Assembly (NCBI GenBank): GCA_000388065.2
Contig: KB932201.1
From: Fonticula alba ATCC 38817
Taxonomy: Eukaryota; Protista; Nucleariida
Length of the DNA stretch: 64,000 nt
Direction: 5' to 3' (one strand)
A program made the translations under genes and the position numbers. This document shows, piece after piece, positions 1 through 12,315 of this stretch; within the stretch, counting starts at the first letter, position 1, and every line of letters starts with the position of its first letter. Below the pieces are notes generated by a model. That model saw only the letters and a list, made by a program, of their open reading frames with translations. It was not told the origin of the DNA and searched no databases.

Positions 1-1123
1 GCGGCATTCGGGCCAAACAGCGCAATGGACCAGGTGTTGCTGAGCCCGGCGATCTCGAGGGCGGTGGCAATGCGAGCCGAAACGTCGGCCTGCGTGGTGG
101 ACCCCTTGACCGACTCCAGCACCGCCCGGATGGCGGCCTTGGTGGCCAGATTGGCACAGCGCATGATGGCCACCTCGGCGGTGGACTTGATGCCACGCAC
201 CTGTCGCACCAAGGCCCCGCCATTGTCGGAAGAGGCGGTGTGCCCCGGGGCCAGGGCTCCGGCCAGGCCGAAGTGCACGAAGCCCCGTGCATCGCGGTCC
301 ACCACCACATGGGCCCCGGTGCCGGCGTCCAGGCCCAGGTGCTTGGTCAACACGGCATACGGCGACTGGTCCTCCTGGTAGTAGACCAGCGAAACCCCCG
401 GGCCAACTTCCTCCACGGCCTTGTCATGCTCGAAGGCCGGAGACACGACCAGGTACTCGTGCTGGCGCGGGTCGGCCGACGAATTGTCCAGGCGCGACAA
501 GACCACCAGGAAAGGGCGCTCACTTTGCTCCCAGGCCGCGCCGGTCAGATAGAAGAGAGTGCTTCCGGCCTCGGCCACGAAGACATCCACATCGGCATGA
601 GCCTATGGTGGTGGGAATTGGCCGGGTGGTCAGCGGCCGCGCGAGGAAGGAAGACTGGACGACGCACGCGGCGGGCAAAAAAAAAAAAAAAAAAGAAGGA
701 CACGAGAGCGGCAGGCAGGGAAAGGGCGGGCAGGAGAAGGGCAAGGAGAGCGAGGGTCCAGCGCACCATCTCCTCGGCCAGGCGGGCCCGGCGAGTGGAA
801 AGCTCGGCCTTGGAAATGGGACCCACATGGCTGCAGAAGTTCTTCAGATGCGCGTAGCGCGCCTCCGGGTCGGTCAGAGTATCAATCAGCATGATGCACA
901 TCATGACGCCGGCCGCGATGAGGACGGTGAAGAAAATGCCCACCACAATGTAGATCTTCTTCGAGGGCTTGCTGTCGTGGTCGGGCGCGGTGCCGGCGAC
1001 GCCAGAAGCGCTGGACGTGCTTCCACGCCAGTCGGCCGTGTCCTGCGCATGCTGATTGGCCGACCCCTCCAGCGAGGCGTGCGAGTAGACATCAGCCGCC
1101 AGGGGAGAGTACTCGGTGGCCAT
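1..1123 (-). CDS. M24 (Xaa-Pro aminopeptidase/prolidase-like) peptidase with an N-terminal TM anchor; exons 767-1123 and <1-602, runs off the window edge
   Basis: The phase-0 GT-AG intron 603-766 joins MATEYSPL...TM(IYIVVGIFFTVLIAAGVMMCIMLI) to AHADVDVFVAEAGSTLFYLTGAAWEQSERPF...RQVRGIKSTAEVAIMRCANLAT...LFGPNAA. That is a creatinase-N domain followed by the RxIKSxxE start of the M24 catalytic domain. The metal ligands would lie outside the window. Confidence 0.85.
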
Positions 1124-2424
1124 GGCGGGCGGTCAGGGAAAGGGGGAAGGGGGCAGTGCGTTGCACCAAGAGGGATGAAGTGTTCGGCAGGGGGGGGGGA
1201 GGGGGGGGGCGGGGGATGGAAATGCGATTCAAGGATGACACGGAGCAGGAGCAGGGAGAATGCCGGGTGTGGAGCGAGTCTTTCGGCCACAAATATGGGC
1301 GCTGTTTATCTTATTTTATTTTCTCACCCCCCTGGCGGGAGATCTACTCGCCAGCAACCTTCCCCCTCCCCCGGAGGGGGCAGATCGCCCCAGCACACCG
1401 GGCTTGTGCTCGCGCCATCACCAGGCAGGCGCGGTTACAACGAGGTGCCCGCCCCCGGCCGGCCCCCGCTCCCCCCGCGGCGAGGGAGCTTGGGCAAAAA
1501 AAAAAACAGGCACCCAGGTGTGGCCCTCCTCTGGCATGACACCGTGTGCGCCGGGGCGACCCACGCACTTGGGCCCCATGATGACTGAAAACCACAACCA
1601 CACACGTACACCACGTACCAACACAAACATGGGCACGCAGGCGCCCCCGCTCCTCTGGCCCCCTCGCCTCCACACCCTGGGGCCAAGCACGCGCGCCTAG
1701 ACCGATCTCACGCTTGGGCCGGTCCCAGAACAACCGGACGGGCCCCGAATGGGGGCGGCGACGACCAAGTTAGCGGGAAGAGGTGCCCACGCGCAGCCCG
1801 GTGACCGGCCCCTGCTGTGCATTAACTGATACCCGACATCCGCGGCGTAACTGATACCGGGGAGCGCCGAGCGCTCCGCCAGCGGGCGTGATACTTTGGT
1901 GGACACATAGGCGTGCACATCACGCCCCCGAGTGCGGGGGTACACGCCCCTGCCAACTGACCTCGCTAAACACCCCCGGCCCCTCCCCCCGGCGGCCCTC
2001 CGCCGAGAAGGGGCTACATCATCACACCCCGGGGCTCGCACCCTTGTTCTCTCCCGACACCCGCCCTCTTGAATCTCCGGCCTGGCCAGGGAGGGGACAA
2101 AAAAAAAAGACGGTCCGAGGGGGATCAAACGGTGCCCTCGCGCCGGCACTTGTGCTTGCCGCCCAGGGCCGGGCCCCTCTTCCACCGACGGAGGGACTGC
2201 CGGGAGATGGCGGCTGGATGTCACCATATTTGGCATTCCAGGCCAGCTGGATCGCGCCTGCCAGCCCGGCCAGTGTCGAGATCTACCTACCTGCACGCAC
2301 ACGCTCCAGTCTCCTCCTCGTCCTCCTTGCCCCCTCTTTGCTCCCTCCCTGCTCCCTCCTCTCTCTCTCGCCACCCTTCATCCCCTTGGTCCTCCCTTCC
2401 CCCCCCCCCCCCCCCCCATCAATC

Positions 2425-5400
2425 ATGAGTAATCCCTACTCACCTTACGGCACGGGACAGGCACCATACTATGGCGCTCCGCCACCAGGCCCCTCGCCGT
2501 ACGGTGCCTACCCAGGCGCGGCGCCCTACCCCCCGGCTGGGCCTTACGGCGCGACGCCCGGCGCCAACCCCGCCCCCTACCCGCCGTATGGCCATGCCCC
2601 GGCCCCGGCCCCGGCCCCGGCGCGGCCGTCATCCAGCTATCATGGGTCCACGGGACTCGCGCAGCCCTCCTCCGGATCCGGGCCATACTATGCCCCTGCT
2701 CCCGGGCCGAGTGGCCTGTACAATCCCACCGGCAGCCAAATGGCCCCCCCTTCGGGCCCCTATTCGCCCTACGGATCGACCACTGGGCCTTACTCGCCAC
2801 CCGGAGCCACCCCCTATCCCTCGGGACCATACATGGCAGGACCCTATGCTCCGGCCGCCGGCAACCCAGCCACAGGCGCTCCAGGTCCGTATGCCCCGGC
2901 TGCCAGCGGCAATGCCGGGACTCCATATGCCCCGGCCGCTGGTGGCGGCGGCGGCGGCGGCGGCGGCAGTGGCGGCAATCCATCCTACGCCGGCCCGGTG
3001 CCAGGTGGCTCGCCGTACGCCCCGGTCCCTGGTGGAAGCACCCACAGCCCCTACGGCTCGGGCTCATTCACTCCGGCCACGCCAAGCAACCCGTATAATA
3101 CATCGGCCACGGCGGCGCCGAGCAATCCCTACGCCGCACCGGCCACAGCGGCCCCGACCGCGCCGCCACCTGGCGCTCCATACTCGGCCACCGCTCCGGT
3201 GGTCGCCAGTCCCTACTCCACCAGCACCGGGTCTTTGGCCGCGGGCACGCCCACGGTGCCCGTCGTTTCGAGCCCCTACGCCACCGGCACCGTGCCCTCG
3301 TCAACCTCCTTCCCAGCCTCGCAGGGGCCCCCGACGCCATATTCCTCGACCCCGAGTCCCGCCCCCACGCCATACACCTCAGATCCCAAGCGCGAGCCTC
3401 CCGCCCGGCCATCACCTTACCAGCAGCAAATGTCGCCGCACTCGCAGCAGCCGCAGCCGCAGCCGCAGCAGCCGCACAATCCCTATACCGCGGCATCCTC
3501 CCAAGCCCCGCCAGGCATCGGCGGGCAGCACGCAACTCCGGCCTTTAATCCGTATGAAAACTTTGCGCGGCCTAACACCCCTTCCACAGCCACACCAACA
3601 GCATCCGGACCGCCGACCATGACGACTACCATGTCTGGCGCGGCCCCGGCGGCTGCCACAGTCCCGGCTGCTGCCCCGCCCACCGAGACTCTGCTTCCCT
3701 CGCTATCGGCCATGGCGGTTTCCTCACAGGCGGCTGTATCCTCCTTCGATGACATCCCCCTGGCAGACCCCTTCCAATTTACGCGAGCCCTTGAGCAGCA
3801 GGCGGCCGATGTAAGTGCCCTTTGCGCCGGACATCATCCAAGCCATCCATCGCTGCGGCGTGTGGGCCCGGCTGCCGGGACCCCCGCAGCCGGGGATCCG
3901 ATTCCGGCGGGCATTCGTGCTGATCGCGAAGTGGTCCTCCACTCGCAGGCAGATATTGCCCTGTACTTTGGGTGCGATGCTTGCTGGTGCTTCTCCCGGG
4001 GCCCGACTCGGGCCGGGCCACACCTCACTCGACCACTAACTGGGCCCTTCCAATCGACCTCACAGGAACGCCAAAAGCCCTGCCTCCCACCCGGTCACCG
4101 CGACGCTCACCAGCCACCGGGTGCTCTTCACCGAGGCCAGTGCCGATGGCACCCCCACGCCCGGGCGGGCCTCTTGGTTTCTGGAACTGGACCGGGTTCG
4201 GGCTCTCGGCCGGCGCATCGCCATGCCCTTCAAGTCGGCGCGGGTCCTGCTCTCGGTGGACCCGCCGCTGGTGGGCGATGCGGACTTCACATCGTTCCTT
4301 GGCCACCATCAACAAGAGTCAAGTGGACAGGACACCCGGTTGGAGCGCTTCGACGAGCGGGTCCTTCGTGTGCGCTGCCTTTTGCCGGACTTCCAGCCAG
4401 CTAGCACGATCCATTCCTTGGTTCAATCATCCCCCTCCGGGCAAAGGTGCGCCTGCTCTTGGGTGAACTTCCCCCTGGCCCTTTGACCGTGGGGTTTGTT
4501 TGTTTTTTTTTTCGCGGCGCCTCCTTGTGTCGGCTCTGACGCTGGTTGCTTCCCCCCCAGTGCCCGGCAACTTGTGCGACTGGTGGAGCCGCGCATCGCC
4601 GCCACCCTCCCCAACCAAGTTGACTGGGGCCAACAAATTCACCTGTCTTTCCGTGCCGGTGGGCAACCGGCCTTCCTGGCCGCCCTGGAGAAGGCCCTTC
4701 AGCGTCGGGACTGGCTACGCCAGGCCGTGGTACGTCACCGCTCGGCCTCTGTCCCTGCCTCCACCGATGCTGCATCTGCCTCGTGGAGGTCGCTCACCTC
4801 CGCCCCCCATGGTAGCAACATCTCAATGATGAGCGCTCGCGCAACACAACCAGCACACGGCAGTCGGGCATTGCTCAGGCCATGGCCGCGGCCGCGGCCA
4901 GCCGTCAACGCGCGCTGGAGACCGTCAACACCGAAGCATCGGACCTCGAAACACTCATGTTCCGCGCACAGGCCATTGTACGTGGGGTTTCCTCCTGGCG
5001 CCTCTCCATTTCACCATTTAACCCCTGCCTCGCTGTTGGCCCCTGTCCTGCATTCATGCATGCCCCTCCCCACGCACCCCCTTGTGGGGACATATATTTG
5101 GGCAAATAGGTCGAGCTGGTCAAGGCCCACAATGTCCGCCTGAAGCGTCAGCAGGCCGAGGAGCATGGCGAAGAAAGCACGGACTCCCTTGACCAAGAGT
5201 CATCGTGTGTCCGGGATTACCTCCAGGACTTGGGCATCACGAGTCCTGTCACCCGGTATGATGCTGCAGAGGAGCCCTGCCATCCATCTCCCGCCACGCC
5301 CCCCTCCTCCCACTCCCCCTCCGAACTGACACGCCAATCTTGCTAGCGACACCGCCGGTGGAGACTACTGGCAGGCTCTTAGTCGCGAGCTTTCCTCCTT

Positions 5401-5968
5401 CGTGGGCCGCCTACTGCAGCGCAAGAATGTCCAGGCAATCACATTGACCGATCTCTTCTGTGACTTCAATCGCGCTCGCGGTGCTGGAGGTGCGTATACG
5501 TGCTCCCGGCTCCCCTGGCCAGATTCCACATGGCGAGCCCCCCTGTCCTTTCCTTTGTCTCTCTCTCTCACGCACGCACACACGCACACACCCCCTCCTT
5601 CTCCTCCTCTCTTGGGTGGCTTGGAAATGCGCAGCTCTGGTTTCCCCGGCCGATCTGGCTCGCGCGGCGGATCTTCTCCCCTCGGTCTCCTCGACCGGGA
5701 GCGGGCGTTTTGCCACGCGCCGGCTTCCCAGTGGCGTGGTGCTGGTGCTGAATGCGGACACCTTCACCGATGATGCCGTGGTCGACCGTGTGCTGAATCT
5801 TTTCCCCGACAATGAGTCCCCTGATGCTGCGACCGGCGTTACTCCGGCTGATGTTGCGGTGGCCGAGCGCGTTGGTATTATTCTGGCGCAAGAGTTCCTC
5901 ATGGTGCGCCTTGCTGACCCATCCCGGCGCCATGGCCGAGACATCTTGTGGAACGCCTGCTAACACGT

Positions 5969-6007
<39 letters not shown>

Positions 6008-6136
6008 ATGTCTGTACATCTCGCACGTCGCTTTGTGACCGATGAATAGCTTGCCGAGCGCACCGGGCTCCTCTGTCGGGACGAAAGTGTCCAAGGTCTG
6101 CGTTTCTTCCGGAACCACTTCCAGACGGCGCTCTAG
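2425..6136 (+). CDS. VPS36: ESCRT-II subunit Vps36 (GLUE + EAP30/winged helix) with a long Pro/Tyr-rich N-terminal extension
   Basis: Exons 2425-3971, 4066-4446, 4561-4788, 4854-4977, 5110-5255, 5347-5489, 5635-5903 and 6050-6136 join in frame at GT-AG sites. Motifs: QADIALYFG, ATLTSHRVLF, IHLSFRAGG, DLETLM, LGITSPVTR, LTDLFCDFNRARG-ALVSPADL, GLLCRDESVQGLRFFRNHF*. Confidence 0.92.
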
Positions 6137-6386
6137 GCTGGCTTTGGAATTACGTCCTATAGCACTGTCAGTGAAATATAAGCCCACCCACACGCACACA
6201 CATACACACACCTCCTCTGGCCTCACTCGATTCCGCCCCCCCTTCAGCCTCTCACTCCTGGCAAAAGAGGAGCATACCTGTGGGGTAGGCTCTGCAGGTG
6301 TATTTGTATCACGTGTACACGTGCTCCTCCATGTGTTCGGGCGACATCATGGCATCCGCGGCCCTTTTCCCCCGCTCGCCGGCTCT

Positions 6387-6420
<34 letters not shown>
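6387..6420. repeat. Poly-G tract (~34 nt); one of many poly-G/C runs
   Basis: Read directly. Confidence 0.9.
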
Positions 6421-6421
<1 letters not shown>

Positions 6422-6754
6422 AGACCCGCGCGGGCATGCCTTTGCCCCGGACCAGACCGGAGAGATCTTGACCCCGAGCCCGTGAGGCGTGCCCCCCCCC
6501 CCCCCCCCGCCCGTGCCTGAGGCCGCGCCTCTGTGGTGGAGCCTGCCAGTGGCGAGCCACAGTGGCACACCACTTCACAAGGAGGGTGAAGAGGCACTGC
6601 TTGATCGTTGATGACTCTGAACACATCCTTTCAATAAGTCCCCCCTCATCTCTCCCTCTCTTCCTCTCTTCCTCTCTCGTTCTACTCGCACATAACCTTT
6701 CCTCGCCCACCTCTCTGCTCTCCTCCCTGCTCCCCCTCTTCCACAACTTTAACC

Positions 6755-8574
6755 ATGGAGAACGAGACCCCGAAGCGGACCAATCCACGGAGGGCTGCCA
6801 CTATGAAGTCTGCAACCACCCCCAACGCTGCCACCACTCCCCGGGCTGCTACCCTTCGGGCTGCTACCTCTCGGGCTGCCACCCCTCGGGCCACCACTCC
6901 GAGGGCCGCGAAGACCCCGGCCACCCCGAAGACCCCGGCCACCCCGAAGGCCGCCGCCACCCCCAAGGCCACTGGTCGCAAGCAGCCTCTGGCGAAGAAG
7001 ACTGATGATCTCCCAGCTGAGGTCGAGACTCCGGCTGACGTTGAGGCCCCCACTTCTACCGAGACTCCCGCTGCTGCCGAGACTCCCGCTGCTGCCGAGA
7101 CTCCCACTTCTACCGAGACTTCTGCTACTGCCGAGACTCCCGTTGTTGCTGAGACTTCCGCTGTTACCGGGACTCCTGCTACCAATGGCACTACCACTGT
7201 AGATGCGGCCCCCACCACTGAGGAGGCCTCTACTGTTGCCGAAACTCCTGCTACTCCGGCTGGCAACAAGCGTAAGGCCACCGCCGTCGCCTCGCCAGCT
7301 GCAAAGAAGGCGAAGCAAACCCCTGTCAAGGAAGAAGCCCCGGCTCAGGAGGCGGCGAAGCCGACTGTCACTCGCTTTGACAGCGACGATGATGACGATG
7401 ATGCAGTTCCTCTGGTTCCCGTTCCGACGGTGGCCAAGCCCTTCAGCCAGTACTCTTCCATCTATGCCCCGATTTCAGACGATGAGGATGACGATGCCGC
7501 GCCGGAGAGCGTGTCGACCTCGATCTCCACCGCCTCGGCCAAGGAGCTGCTGCTGAAGGAGCGTGCCGCTTCGCGCCTGGCCAAGGAGGCGGCCATCCGG
7601 CGCCTGGTGGCCATCGAGGAGCGCAATCGTCGGCAGCGCGAGGCCAAGACCCGCCGTCAGCAGGCCCTGGAGCTGAGTGCCGCTGGGCCGGCTGGTTCGG
7701 ACTCCGAGTCTGAGGATGCCCCTTCGGTGGCGTCGGCCCCGCTTCCGGCGACCACCGAGCTGGACCTCGGTCTGCTGGAGCAAGCGGTGGCCTATGATGC
7801 CGGGCTGGAGGAGCGTCAGCAGGCGACTGCCGCGCGGGATGCCTTTTCGGAGGACTTTGCCCGTCAGCAGCGCGCTGCTTCGTCGACCTCCATCGGCCAG
7901 GTGATCGCGCGTAAGCTCGGCGATCGGACGCAGGTGGTGGTGTTCGATGACGATGAGGATGATGGCGCGACTGTTCCCGGGGCTGCTCTGCTGGCTCCGC
8001 CCATTGACAAGCGCCGTGTTGACAAGGCCATGCACTTCCGCAATGCCGCTCTCAGTCGGTCTTCGCATCGCACTCCGGCTGGTGCGTGGTGGGCTTCTTT
8101 TTTCTTCTTTTCCTTTTTTTTTTCCCCTTCCCCCTTCGGGCTTTTGCATGGGCTTTTGGCGCCTCCATCGCCTGTCTAACGGCCTCCCTGTCGGCTCATC
8201 TCCCCGGCGCCTTCCCTTCCTTCGCTCGCATCACAGCCAATGCCCGCACCGGGTCAGGCGCGCCGCTTTTCTTTTCCAACTACTCAGACTCCCAGACCCA
8301 AGCCCTGCGCGCGAAGAATGCCCACGCGTCGCGTCTGCGCGCCATCAAGCGAACCCTCTCTCGCGGGATGGACTCCCTTGGGAAGCTGACCAGCTCGCAG
8401 GAGGCGGGCTCTGCCCCGGCCATGACCCTCGACAAGCTTGTGGCCGTGGAGGCCTCTCGATCCAAGGCGGTGGCGGGCGCCCTCAAGCGTCCGGCTGCCG
8501 GCAAGAAGGGTGGCGCTCACTCGCGCTCGCGCAAGCTCGTGCAGAAGCTCCTGGCCTCGAACAAGACCGTCTGA
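6755..8574 (+). CDS. Low-complexity, probably nucleolar protein; tentatively Bud21/Utp16-NOL7-like; one intron, 8082-8236
   Basis: Long ORF with a good start context (aaccATGg) and an in-frame splice to a second exon ending KLLASNKTV*. DDEDDDAAPESVS followed by a charged helix (KERAASRLAKEAAIRR...EERNRRQREAK) resembles the DDAPE motif of Bud21/NOL7. The CDS is well supported; the identity is tentative. Confidence 0.6.
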
Positions 8575-8590
8575 GAGGTGTGTTGCGCGC

Positions 8591-8621
<31 letters not shown>

Positions 8622-8778
8622 TGCGCGCGCGCGCTTGCGGTGAGGAGCGCCCAATGAGACTTGTCCTCCTTCGTCCTTCCCTCCCTCTTCCCTCGTCATC
8701 TTAGCCGGCTCAGAGTACCGGTGAGACAAGAGGGGAAGGGGATGCCAGCTCCCAAGCCCATGCTCAAATCACCTCACC

Positions 8779-8827
<49 letters not shown>

Positions 8828-9476
8828 TACAGACAAACAAACAAACGTGCACATCCACACGCGCGTGCGGCATGCGCCCATGTGTACCACGCGTCTCTGT
8901 ACACCCCGGCGCACCGAGATCCCAGCGCACTAGGCCCGTTGGCAATAGAATACAATAATCACATGAGTTGAGACCGTTTCTTCCTGCACTTCCAGACAAA
9001 AGCCCAGCGGCGCTGATGTATCGCAACCAGACGAGGGGGGGGGGGGGCGGGGGAACAGGAGAACGACTCCCTCACGCGCGGTGCGCGCTTGCACGGTGGA
9101 GAAGGCGGCCAAGGGACCGTGCCCCGCCGGGAGGAGGGGCCCCACGGGGGGAAGATCGCCGCCCTGGGAATCGATCCTAAGATCTCTCCCCACTTGCTGA
9201 GCGCACCCCCTGGCCGAGGCAGTTTGCAACACGCCCTCTCGTTGAGGCGACCCCGGGCCCTCGCTCTCTCTCTCTCTCTCTGGAGTCCAGAAGTCTCAAC
9301 GGAGAAACAGAGAGAGGGGGGATCTGATGTCGCGGCGCACCATGCACAACTGTGAGTGCTTGACAGTGCATCTCCTCCATCCTCCCACCATCTCTTCAAT
9401 CTCTGCCCCCGCCTCCATCCCTTCGACACCGCTTGTGCACACAGACTCTCCCCTCGCCCCCTCCCCCCGACACAAC

Positions 9477-12263
9477 ATGGCTCCCAGGCGCAAGGCGGTT
9501 GAGACCGCCGTCGCCCCCGAGCCGCCGACTGCCGAGACGTCGACCGCTCCTCCCACCCCGACGGCCCTCGCGCCCGAGCCCCTCTCAGCCGAGCAGCTGG
9601 AGATCCAACAGCAGCTGGCCTGCTTGCGGAGCCCGCTCGGCCAGGCTGTCAGCCAGATTCTGCAAGATGCCCAAGTGTCGGCAGCGAACTCCCGGCGGGC
9701 GCTGCACCTCCTGCGAGCGGAGCATGTTACCCACGGCACTGAGGCCTTCATGGAGGTCATGTGTGTGCTGCTGCTGCGAGTGCTGTCGATCCGGCGGCGC
9801 GAGGCCTCGGTCGAGCGCCTGGTCAAGCTGTTTGCCAATTACGGCGAGTTTCTCCAGAAGCGTAGTCGTGTGGCGCAGGACGCCAGCCAGTCAGTCGCCG
9901 AGGATGGCGAAGCCCGGCCCCCGGCCAAGACGGCCGACCGCCGCTCCAAGCGTCTGCGTGAGGAGGACCAACTTCACTACACCCTGGGCACTGAATACAA
10001 TGAGGCGCTGTTGCGCTTCCTTCTGCGCGGTGTGGACTCCCGCAATAAGCTCATCCGCTTTCGCATCTGCCAGCTATGCGTGTATCTGATCGTCAACATC
10101 AGCGACCTGGAGTACGTGCATCCATTTTGCCCCTCCTCTCCTATCTTTTGTCGTCCTCTCTCTCTCCCGCTCTCCCCTCCTCTCTCTCTATATATATACA
10201 TCTCCCTCGGCAGGTTCACTCTTCGTGGCTCTGCGTCCTTTCTTTCTTTTTCTCACGCCTACCCGTACACACGCTCACACGCGCACACGCGCGCGGGCTT
10301 GCCTGGCCCCTCTGCCCAGCCCTGACCTGTATGAGGAAGCGCTCGACCGGGTTGGCGCGCGGACGAACGACGTGGATTCGCTCGTGCGCATCCAGTCGGT
10401 GTACTTCCTGTCCAATTTCCAGGGGAGTGTCCTTGACGATGACAGCGGGAATTTGGCCCCGCCCCCTCTGTCCCGGAGCATCTCCATGAGCGGGGCCATC
10501 TTGGACAACACCGAGGACCCGGAGGAGGACCTCATCATCCGGCGCTTCTCCGAACTCATTCGCGTGGATCAGAGTGGGTGCGTGTTTGGCTGTCTGCCAG
10601 GGGCATATGCGTCGGCCCTCCTCCGGCCGGCTCCCTTTCTCCTCGGGTCCTCCCCCCTATCTGTCTCGCCTGCCTGCCTGCCTGCCTGCCTGTCTGTCTC
10701 TGACCTCGACTGCGCCGGCTATGACGCGGACATGCATAGATCCGTGCGCAAGGCCGTCCTTGACAACATCGACCGGACGCCGCGTAACTCCCATGTCATC
10801 GTGGAGCGTAGTCGTGATGTGGACCCTCGCGTGCGGCGGTACCTCTTCCGGTGTGTACGCATCCCTTGTCGCCGCCCTTTTGCCCCGGGCTCCCGCCCTG
10901 TTCTGCCGGCGTCCGGCCCCGACTGATGGTCGTCCCCTTCCTCCGCAGCCGGATTGTCCCCCAGATTGAGGTGACCTTCTTTTCGCCCAAGCAGCGCGTG
11001 GTGCTGCTGGGCAATGGTCTACGCGATCAGGATGAGACCATTCGCAAGGCTTGCTCCCTGGCCTTGAATGGCTGGATTCGTGGCCACTACAAGTCCAACC
11101 TCCTGTCGGTATGTGCCTGCCGTGTGTGCTTGGGGGTCTCCTTTCGCGGGAGGTTCATTTGCCCATCCTCTTTGCTGCTTGCGGCTGACCACCAACCATC
11201 CTCCTTTGGTCCATCGACCCCCCACTGTGCGCAGTTCCTCTCGGACTTTGATGTGCTCGAGCACGCTGACACCCTGTCCCTCGCCTTGCGGGCCTTCTTC
11301 AACGCCAACCCAAGTGTTGTCATGCCCATTGGTGCGTGGTGTGCCCTCGGCGCGAAGACCCAGACGGCGCACGTGCGCCCCTTCTGCCTGCCCTCATTCC
11401 CCTTCTGACTCCGTCTGTGCCTCCTCCATCAGATACCCTGCTGCGGAGTCCGGTCCCCGACTCGGCTCTCCTAGCGCGGGCTTTCTGCGAGCACATCTCA
11501 GAGAAGCCCTCGCCGCGTTATGACGAAGCGGTTCCCGAGTTGACGCGCGTGGCCACGGCCCTCATGCAGGTGTTCATGCGAATCCTGACCCTGTGTGCGG
11601 ATCCCAGCCAGCAGGCCGCCACCATTGCCAGCCTGGTCATCACGGACCCCTTCAGCACGGAGGATGACCCGGCCGTTGAGGGGGGGGCTGGCGATGGCCC
11701 GCCACTGGCGGCCGGCGGGGATTTCAGCCCGCGGCCGAGCTCGGCCGGTGACTTGTCGGCGCTGTCGACCCCAGGTCGGGGCAGTGTCCCGGGCTCCCCG
11801 GCACTCGGGAATCCCGGCCTCGGATCGCCAACTACCCCGATGGACGTCCAGCGCCGGTCCAAGCGCCTGGCCAATGCCGAGACCCAGAGCAGCGCCCGTC
11901 GGCATGGGTTGCGTTCGCCGCCGGCCGCCCCGGCCCTGTCCCCCTCGTCGGCGGTCACCGAGTTGGCCCAGTTGTCCTTCTGCTATCACCAGCTGCTGCT
12001 CATTTGCAATGTGCGTGCCATTGGGTTTGGTGTGTTGCTGGTCGGCGGTCTGTTAGTCCTGACGTGTCTCCCCTCGCCAGACCCTTGACACTTCGGATGA
12101 GGTGGGTCGCATGAACATGATGAGTCTCCTGGGGAAGATTATTGTCCAGCCGACCCTTTCCAGCAGTCTCTGGACCCCGACGGTTAAGTCCATGTGCAAG
12201 CTCCATGTGACCGAGCTGGACTTCGTCGAGTATGTTGCACCCCTGGAAAAGCTGGTGTTGCTT

Positions 12264-12315
<52 letters not shown>

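Noticed and set aside
3811-3890. GTAAGT donor suggesting an intron in VPS36 exon 1
   Set aside because: No nearby acceptor preserves frame, and the frame reads through into GLUE without one.
8889-8894. ACGCGT (MCB-like) upstream of condensin
   Set aside because: A single 6-mer in CG-repeat-rich DNA; not distinguishable from background.
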